Virus record (IMG/VR): IMGVR_UViG_3300042923_000524
Coordinates: 32,001-96,000 of that record
DNA: 64,000 nucleotides
Reading direction: 5' to 3' (one strand)
Source: a virus
A model generated the notes under the pieces. It searched no databases and had not been told where the DNA came from. It worked only from the letters and a program-made list of their open reading frames with translations. This document shows positions 58,355 to 64,000 of the stretch, one piece after another. Position 1 is the stretch's first letter, and the number at the start of each line of letters is the position of its first letter. The translations under genes were made by a program, and so were the position numbers.

Positions 58355-59041
58355 GTGATTACCATGACAAGTAAAGATATAAAAGAAATAGTAGAAGTAT
58401 GGAAGGCTCAACCAATAGAAAGATTTAGAGATAATGTAGAAAGTTATACAAGAGCAATAAAAAGACATGAAAACGAGATACAAGAAATATTATTAAAAAT
58501 GCAACAATTAGATGTTAATCATAAATATTATATTGATAAAATGAAGAATATGAATAGTGACATTAAAACAGCATTAGGATTTTTAAAAGAAGACAAAGCA
58601 CTTGTTGAAGCATCGCAACCAGAGCTTGAAAAAGCAGAAAATGAAATAAAAATACTTGAAGAGTCAAAGAAACCTCAATTTGAAGTATTAAAAAACTTTG
58701 TAGAGCAATGGAAAACTGAAGCTATAAATTATTATTTAGAACTTCTTAAAAATGGCTATGATGGCAAAGACGATTATATAATAGACTTATTACAAAGAGG
58801 AGAAAAATATATAATAAATCTTTACACAATAGAAGCTAAAGCAAGGCTAGTAAATATGATAACATTGATAAAAGAAAAGACTGGCGAAGTAATATCTTGT
58901 AATTTATACGGAAGTGGAAACAATCAAAAGTTTGGTTTTGAGGGAACAGTAACAGGAGAAAAGAAAACAGTAAGAGTCGAAGCAATTTTAGCAGGTGGAT
59001 GGAATATTCAAAAACTACATGTAAGACTATTAATAAATTAA
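58355..59041 (+). CDS. Hypothetical coiled-coil protein with a C-terminal AGGWNIQ.LH.R.L motif
   Basis: ORF track; promoter at 58301-58330; terminator at 59041-59064. Confidence 0.65.
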   Translation: MITMTSKDIKEIVEVWKAQPIERFRDNVESYTRAIKRHENEIQEILLKMQQLDVNHKYYIDKMKNMNSDIKTALGFLKEDKALVEASQPELEKAENEIKILEESKKPQFEVLKNFVEQWKTEAINYYLELLKNGYDGKDDYIIDLLQRGEKYIINLYTIEAKARLVNMITLIKEKTGEVISCNLYGSGNNQKFGFEGTVTGEKKTVRVEAILAGGWNIQKLHVRLLIN

Positions 59042-59123
59042 AGAGTTAGAAATAACTCTTTTTTCTTTTAATAAGAATGAATATAAAAATTATATTTGAC
59101 AATACTATTGTTAGCGTGTTAAA

Positions 59124-59315
59124 ATGAGTTATAATCTAAATTTAAGGAGTGAGTATTTTATGAGTATGTATATAATAGAAGTTAACGAAGACGGCGAAAA
59201 TATGCAATATGAGTATGGCAGCAAGGCACATGCTGAAGAGCATTATAATTTTGAAGCACATTGTACAATGTATGAATATATAGATGGTAAACATTATTAC
59301 ATGAAATCTAAGTAA
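59124..59315 (+). CDS. Hypothetical small protein (real start probably ATG 59160)
   Basis: RBS AAGGAG upstream of the second ATG; promoter at 59096-59125. Confidence 0.55.
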   Translation: MSYNLNLRSEYFMSMYIIEVNEDGENMQYEYGSKAHAEEHYNFEAHCTMYEYIDGKHYYMKSK

Positions 59316-59438
59316 ATATGATTATAAAATAGGCTGAATAAAGCCTATTTTTTTTATGTATTGACTTCCTATAAACTCATGTTACAATTAAAGAGAATAC
59401 ATAACACATATAAAATTAATAAAGGAGGAAACGAATTA

Positions 59439-60314
59439 TTGAATGTATTATCATTATTTGATGGAGGCTCATGCGGTCAAGTAGCATTACAGAGGGCAAA
59501 TATAAAAGTAGAAAAATATTATGCTAGTGAAATAAATCCAAATAGCGTAAAAGTAACACAAAAGAATTACCCTAATACAATACAGCTTGGAGATGTAACA
59601 CAACTAAACAAAGAAAAATTATTAAATTTAGGTAAAATTGATTTATTAATTGGTGGTAGTCCCTGCGAAGATTTAACAATAACCGCAATTGATAGAAAAG
59701 ATATTAACAAAGGTTTAGAAGGTAAAAAGTCAAAGTTGTTTTATAATTATGTGGATGCTCTTAATATTATTAAACCTAAATACTTTTTACTTGAAAATGT
59801 TGCAAGTATGACAAAAGAAAATATAGATATAATATCTAGTGAATTAGGAGTAAAACCAATATTAATAAATAGTAATTTAGTATCGGCTCAGGATAGGGAA
59901 AGACTTTACTGGACTAATATTACAGGTATTGCACAGCCAAAAAATAAAGAAATTTTATTAAAACACGTCTTGCAGCGAGATGTAGAAGAAAAATTTTACT
60001 ACAATAAACCCTTTGAATTTTATGGATTAGATAAAAAAGTATGTGCGAAATTGTTAGTAAATTCTCATGATTTAGTTAAAAGAGTTTATAATCCAGATTT
60101 TAAATGTGCAACATTAACAGCTGTACAAGGTGGATATCAAGAGAAAAAAGTTTATATAAATAGTAGAGTTAGAAAATTAACACCAATAGAATATGAAAGA
60201 CTTCAGACTTTACCAGATAATTATACATATGGAGTTAGCAATACAGCACGCTATAGTATTTGTGGAGATGGTTGGACAGTTGATATAATAGCACATATTT
60301 TTAAAAATATATAA
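59439..60314 (+). CDS. dcm: C5-cytosine DNA methyltransferase
   Basis: LSLFDG, GGSPC, LENV, Q.R.RLYW, R.LTP.EYERLQ, GDGWT. Track start TTG 59361 is the -35 box of its promoter; real start is TTG 59439. Confidence 0.9.
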   Translation: MNVLSLFDGGSCGQVALQRANIKVEKYYASEINPNSVKVTQKNYPNTIQLGDVTQLNKEKLLNLGKIDLLIGGSPCEDLTITAIDRKDINKGLEGKKSKLFYNYVDALNIIKPKYFLLENVASMTKENIDIISSELGVKPILINSNLVSAQDRERLYWTNITGIAQPKNKEILLKHVLQRDVEEKFYYNKPFEFYGLDKKVCAKLLVNSHDLVKRVYNPDFKCATLTAVQGGYQEKKVYINSRVRKLTPIEYERLQTLPDNYTYGVSNTARYSICGDGWTVDIIAHIFKNI

Positions 60315-60406
60315 TGACTTATATAAAATTATCAATAGTTATTGACATATAAAACGTTGTAGTATAATATAATATATAAGATACTACATAAAAAAGGAGT
60401 GAAGTC

Positions 60407-60634
60407 ATGAAGATATATTATACATTAAACTCCGAAGAACTTGGAGAAGAAGCAAAGAAAGAAACATTAATAAATATTTATAATGAATGGCTGAGATATA
60501 AGAAAGATGATAAAGAAACGGGAGACAAGAAGACATATTATTTTATTAAACATGAAATAGAAAACAATGTTGATAATACAACAGAAGGAAAAGTTTATAA
60601 AAGAGGTAATCAAATTTATTTTAAATCAATATAA
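60407..60634 (+). CDS. Hypothetical early protein
   Basis: TTGACA at 60342; RBS. Confidence 0.6.
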   Translation: MKIYYTLNSEELGEEAKKETLINIYNEWLRYKKDDKETGDKKTYYFIKHEIENNVDNTTEGKVYKRGNQIYFKSI

Positions 60635-60653
60635 TATTAAGGAGTTGTTATAA

Positions 60654-60806
60654 TTGGCTATTATGACAGATAAAGAATTACAAAATATAGCAAGTGATTT
60701 ATTTCGTAAATATTGGAATATGGATTTAACTATTTCTGTTTCGGTTAATCCTAAAATGTATAAATGGTCTGCAAGATGTTACCCTATGACAGTTGGGAAA
60801 CATTAA
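60654..60806 (+). pseudogene. Short 50-aa ORF resembling a truncated SprT-like N-terminus
   Basis: L..IA..F..YW.MDL.I.V.VN.KM..; no HExxH before the stop. Confidence 0.3.
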
Positions 60807-60999
60807 TAAATAGAGGATATAAGAAAAGAATTTAGCAGTTTATTAATTGCAGCCGAAAGGCTGTTTTTAATTTCACGACAAAACACTTCTTTCATGGTCA
60901 TTACTGGAGCAGATTATTTTTAAAAATCATGTATCAACTTTAAACTAAAAGCATATAATAAATTAACCAAATACAAATATAAAACTTTTAAAATATTTG

Positions 61000-61029
61000 T
61001 TGACAGAAATTTCTAGCATATGTTATAAT
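61000..61029 (+). promoter_or_regulatory. SigmaA extended -10 early promoter
   Basis: TTGACA-18-TATAAT with TG. Confidence 0.75.
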
Positions 61030-61061
61030 GAATTATCGAATAAATTATAGAAGGTGAAATC

Positions 61062-61295
61062 ATGAAACAATATAGAACATCATATAAAAAAGTTAATGAC
61101 TTATGCAACTTATTAGAGTATAGACTTGTAAAACATGAATGGTTAGGGAAAACAGATTATTTTTATAATTACTCTCTTGTAAAAGATGAAAACGGACGTT
61201 ATAAAGAAACAATTCTAAAAACAACTAGCTTGAAAAATGTTTATGAATGGTTATTAGAAAATGGAATCAATTATAATAATGGCATAAAATATTAA
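61062..61295 (+). CDS. Hypothetical early protein
   Basis: ORF track. Confidence 0.6.
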   Translation: MKQYRTSYKKVNDLCNLLEYRLVKHEWLGKTDYFYNYSLVKDENGRYKETILKTTSLKNVYEWLLENGINYNNGIKY

Positions 61296-61296
61296 A

Positions 61297-61366
61297 TCTC
61301 GACTATGCGAGTATAAACAGACTTTAAGCATAGAGCGTTAACAGGTTTAACAGCCTGTTAGGTAGT
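61297..61366 (+). ncRNA. Pistol-class self-cleaving ribozyme (copy 1)
   Basis: P1 CUCG/CGAG with loop ACUAUG; AUAAACAG; P2 ACU/AGU; UUAAG; pseudoknot CAUAG pairs with CUAUG; AGCG; P3 UUAACAGG/CCUGUUAG; G|U site at 61362/61363. Confidence 0.85.
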
Positions 61367-61399
61367 AATAAATAATAAATTAATAGGAGTGATTTATCA

Positions 61400-61537
61400 A
61401 TGCCAAGTAAAACAGTAAGAGAAACGGAATATAATAAAACAATCCAATATAAAGACGGACAAATGACATATTGTATCAACTATAGAAAAGAATTTCATAA
61501 ATCATTTATAAATGGTTTTAGATGGGTAGAATGTTAA
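61400..61537 (+). CDS. Small 45-aa protein downstream of ribozyme 1
   Basis: Hand-translated; RBS AGGAG. Confidence 0.55.
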   Translation: MPSKTVRETEYNKTIQYKDGQMTYCINYRKEFHKSFINGFRWVEC

Positions 61538-61589
61538 TTCAATAAAATCCAAATTTGGTCATCATGTAAAAATTTAGGAGGTGCGTATA

Positions 61590-61697
61590 ATGTGTAGAAT
61601 CTGTGGAGCAGAAACAAAAGAAACTATTTGTAAAGAGTGTCAAAAAGAATTAATCAAAGAAAACTATAACAAAACTTTTATTAAAATATCAAAATAA
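61590..61697 (+). CDS. Small Zn-finger peptide (35 aa)
   Basis: MCRICG..ICKECQ; RBS GGAGG. Confidence 0.55.
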   Translation: MCRICGAETKETICKECQKELIKENYNKTFIKISK

Positions 61698-61725
61698 AAA
61701 TATAAAATTATAGGAGAGTGTAAAA

Positions 61726-61938
61726 ATGAGCAATTACAATTTAAATAGCAAACAAGTAGCCTTAATTATACAATCCCTTTTAAATGATGCCTGTTTTTAT
61801 GAATGTGATAATAAAGAATATGAAAAGACAGTTAAAAAAGAAGGGCACGAACTAATTAACTTTTTATTAGAACAACACAATAAACAAGAATCAGAAACAT
61901 TAAAACACTATAATAATTATGTTGAAGGAGTGAATTAA
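61726..61938 (+). CDS. Hypothetical early protein
   Basis: ORF track; RBS. Confidence 0.6.
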   Translation: MSNYNLNSKQVALIIQSLLNDACFYECDNKEYEKTVKKEGHELINFLLEQHNKQESETLKHYNNYVEGVN

Positions 61939-61940
61939 AA

Positions 61941-62090
61941 ATGAAAGATTTATTTGAAAAATTAGAATATGCAAAAAAGGCGGTATTAAGAACATTAGAA
62001 AAAGAAAGTTGTTCAGTTGATTTTCATGGTTTATCATATTGGGCAAATGAAGTAGAGCGTTTACGCAATGAAATTAAAAAGATATTATAA
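61941..62090 (+). CDS. Small 49-aa protein
   Basis: Hand-translated; RBS AAGGAG; terminator at about 62100-62122. Confidence 0.6.
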   Translation: MKDLFEKLEYAKKAVLRTLEKESCSVDFHGLSYWANEVERLRNEIKKIL

Positions 62091-62213
62091 TATTAAGAGA
62101 AGCCTGTAAAAAGGCTTTTTCTTTTATCTAATATCCAGACCAAATAGATGTTTTATTGTCATATAATGTCGATAAGTTTTATAATAATTAATATAAAATT
62201 GAGCAAAATAATG

Positions 62214-62243
62214 TTGACAGATTAAAAACACGTATGTTATAAT
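62214..62243 (+). promoter_or_regulatory. SigmaA extended -10 early promoter
   Basis: TTGACA-18-TATAAT with TG. Confidence 0.75.
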
Positions 62244-62310
62244 TAGTTATACCAATTAATTAGAAATTCAATAATAACAAATAACAAATAACAAATATAA
62301 AATATAAGGA

Positions 62311-62991
62311 GTGGAAATTATGAAAAAAACATTATATTTTGAAGGTGCAGGATGGTCGGGAGCAGATATAAGCCAAAGAACAATAGGAAATTGCAGAATA
62401 AGAACAGGATTCACAAACAACGAAGGAAGAAAAATCTATTTAGAAATTACTGGTTATGAAAAATCAGCCAATGATAAAAAGATTGACAGATATTCAGAAT
62501 ATCAAGTTGGAGAAGCAATTGGATTTGTAGATTATTGTTTTTATATTGATACAGAATCAAAAGACCCTTGCAACGAATGCAGAATAAAAGACATAGAACA
62601 TAATGCAAAATTTGCTTATACAAAAGAAGGTATAACAGAGTTTATTAATAAAAATCTGAAGTGCAGCTTTGAAACTATCGAAGTATTGCCAGATTTAGGA
62701 GGTTACAGAGTACACGGAGATAACAAAACATATAGCATGATGGAAGACTACAATCATAATTCAGAACTAATTAAGACAAGAGAAGAAGTTTACAATCATT
62801 TTTACGGACTTGAAAAATCAGAAGGTAAACAATATCCAAACTTCTCTTTATGGGTAGATGATAAAGACATTCACTTATTACACTTGTTAAGACATTTTAA
62901 TGGTTATAATAAGCATTGGTCAATTCATACCGATATAGAAAACTGGAAAGAAACAATAACAGAAACCAAGTTGGGAAAATATGCCTGTTAG
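62311..62991 (+). CDS. Hypothetical early protein
   Basis: ORF track. Confidence 0.65.
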   Translation: MEIMKKTLYFEGAGWSGADISQRTIGNCRIRTGFTNNEGRKIYLEITGYEKSANDKKIDRYSEYQVGEAIGFVDYCFYIDTESKDPCNECRIKDIEHNAKFAYTKEGITEFINKNLKCSFETIEVLPDLGGYRVHGDNKTYSMMEDYNHNSELIKTREEVYNHFYGLEKSEGKQYPNFSLWVDDKDIHLLHLLRHFNGYNKHWSIHTDIENWKETITETKLGKYAC

Positions 62992-63096
62992 TTAATTATT
63001 TACTGTTAGAGTACACTATAACAAATATAAAACTATAGTGTACTCCATAGAGTAAATAAAACTCTAAAAAATATAATAACAGGAGCGTGTTTATAT

Positions 63097-63498
63097 ATGA
63101 TAAAAACATTTAAGAAAGAATTAAATAGCCACGATTACAATGAAATAAGAATAATTAATTTAGAATCTGGAGAATTTACACACTATTTTCAGGATAAAAA
63201 TATAGGCTTTATATTTTCAGATTATACAACAACAGTATTTGAAATGGGCTATAAATCAGTTAAAGAATGCATTAAAGAACTAAGAAGCCGAGGTTTATTA
63301 GGTCAAGAAGTTGATTACAAAGAACAAAAAGAATCTGAAAGAATCGGTTATATTAAATTAGGCGTAGAGCGCATTAAAAGAGCAGGAAGAGTAAATACAA
63401 ATGATTTTGAAGATGTAATAACAAAGCTATCAAAATATGGTATGGGATTCTGTGATGCTCAAAATGTAATAACAGAAACATATTTATATCAAGCATAG
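63097..63498 (+). CDS. Hypothetical early protein
   Basis: ORF track. Confidence 0.6.
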   Translation: MIKTFKKELNSHDYNEIRIINLESGEFTHYFQDKNIGFIFSDYTTTVFEMGYKSVKECIKELRSRGLLGQEVDYKEQKESERIGYIKLGVERIKRAGRVNTNDFEDVITKLSKYGMGFCDAQNVITETYLYQA

Positions 63499-63500
63499 CA

Positions 63501-63572
63501 ACAGGTCACAGCCTGTATAAATAGTGCTTTAAGCTGTGAGCGTGTCAAGGTATAACAGCCTTGACGATAGCA
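63501..63572 (+). ncRNA. Pistol-class self-cleaving ribozyme (copy 2)
   Basis: P1 ACAGG/CCUGU with loop UCACAG; AUAAAUAG; P2 UGCU/AGCA; UUAAG; pseudoknot CUGUG pairs with CACAG; AGCG; P3 UGUCAAGG/CCUUGACG; A|U at the cleavage position (63567/63568). Confidence 0.85.
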
Positions 63573-63599
63573 AAATAAAGGTTTAGGAGGTCGTTAAAC

Positions 63600-63908
63600 A
63601 TGAGTTATAATAAGGCTATGAAGCATTCAAACAATCATAGAAAAGATAAATACTATCAACCAGTTTTAGGTATGCCCTTTGAAGGTTTAAAAGAAGGAGA
63701 GCATATAGAAAGCTATCAAAGTATAGCAGAAAGAACAGCAGAATCATATCATGTTAAAGCTTTTAACGAAATAAATAATACATGGGAAAGAATGTCTAAG
63801 GATTTTTTAACAGAATCAGAAGCGATTGACGAAAGTTTTATATTTGACGAAAAGGGTTATAGAACTAGAATATATAGTGATAAAGATATGAGAGTTGCAG
63901 GATGGTAA
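63600..63908 (+). CDS. Hypothetical early protein downstream of ribozyme 2
   Basis: ORF track; RBS AGGAGG. Confidence 0.6.
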   Translation: MSYNKAMKHSNNHRKDKYYQPVLGMPFEGLKEGEHIESYQSIAERTAESYHVKAFNEINNTWERMSKDFLTESEAIDESFIFDEKGYRTRIYSDKDMRVAGW

Positions 63909-64000
63909 AAACACTATAACAGCCGAGGTATTTTAAACCATGAAGTTTTAAAAAGTTACTATAACAGTCGACACAAAATAGTTGACGAAGTTTTCTTATA

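Noticed and set aside
59361-59438. N-terminal extension of the methyltransferase in the track
   Set aside because: The TTG is the -35 box of the promoter; the RBS points to TTG 59439
63910-64000. Possible third ribozyme (repeated CTATAACAG, GTCGAC/GTTGAC stem)
   Set aside because: Lacks UUAAG/AGCG and the pseudoknot; the window ends here
1-64000. tRNA, rRNA, CRISPR arrays, IS transposases, group I/II introns, inteins
   Set aside because: No cloverleaf/T-loop signatures, repeat-spacer arrays, transposase motifs or split genes seen by eye

Overview
This is 64 kb of a large, AT-rich temperate siphovirus of the SPbeta / c-st type. The host is probably a spore-forming Firmicute; stalk-domain and FxLYD accessory genes suggest Clostridia. 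From 1 to about 44.7 kb the genes are almost all on the minus strand. They cover lysis (amidase endolysin, holin), the tail (fibre, Tal, Dit, tape measure, tube), the head (capsid, protease/scaffold, portal, terminase), ClpP-like, phosphoesterase and beta-CASP genes, and a YonO-type single-subunit RNA polymerase. This arm is invaded by Zn-ribbon endonucleases and morons. A plasmid-like core sits at about 43.8-51 kb: a five-iteron origin candidate next to a stand-alone initiator-type HTH, ParM/ParR, and an FtsK + relaxase + SpoIIIAC-like module. About 51.8-53.5 kb is non-coding, with a G/T-to-C/A skew switch centred on a dif-like site. About 53.6-64 kb is a plus-strand early region of promoter-ORF-terminator cassettes. 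The main non-coding discoveries are two sequences matching the pistol self-cleaving ribozyme architecture, a roughly 550-nt densely structured intergenic RNA candidate, a transcription-oriented AATATAAAA motif in more than 30 intergenic positions, and apparent AUU/AUA start codons on key genes (RNAP, portal, RepL-like). All protein calls come from motif recognition by eye; no database searches were run.
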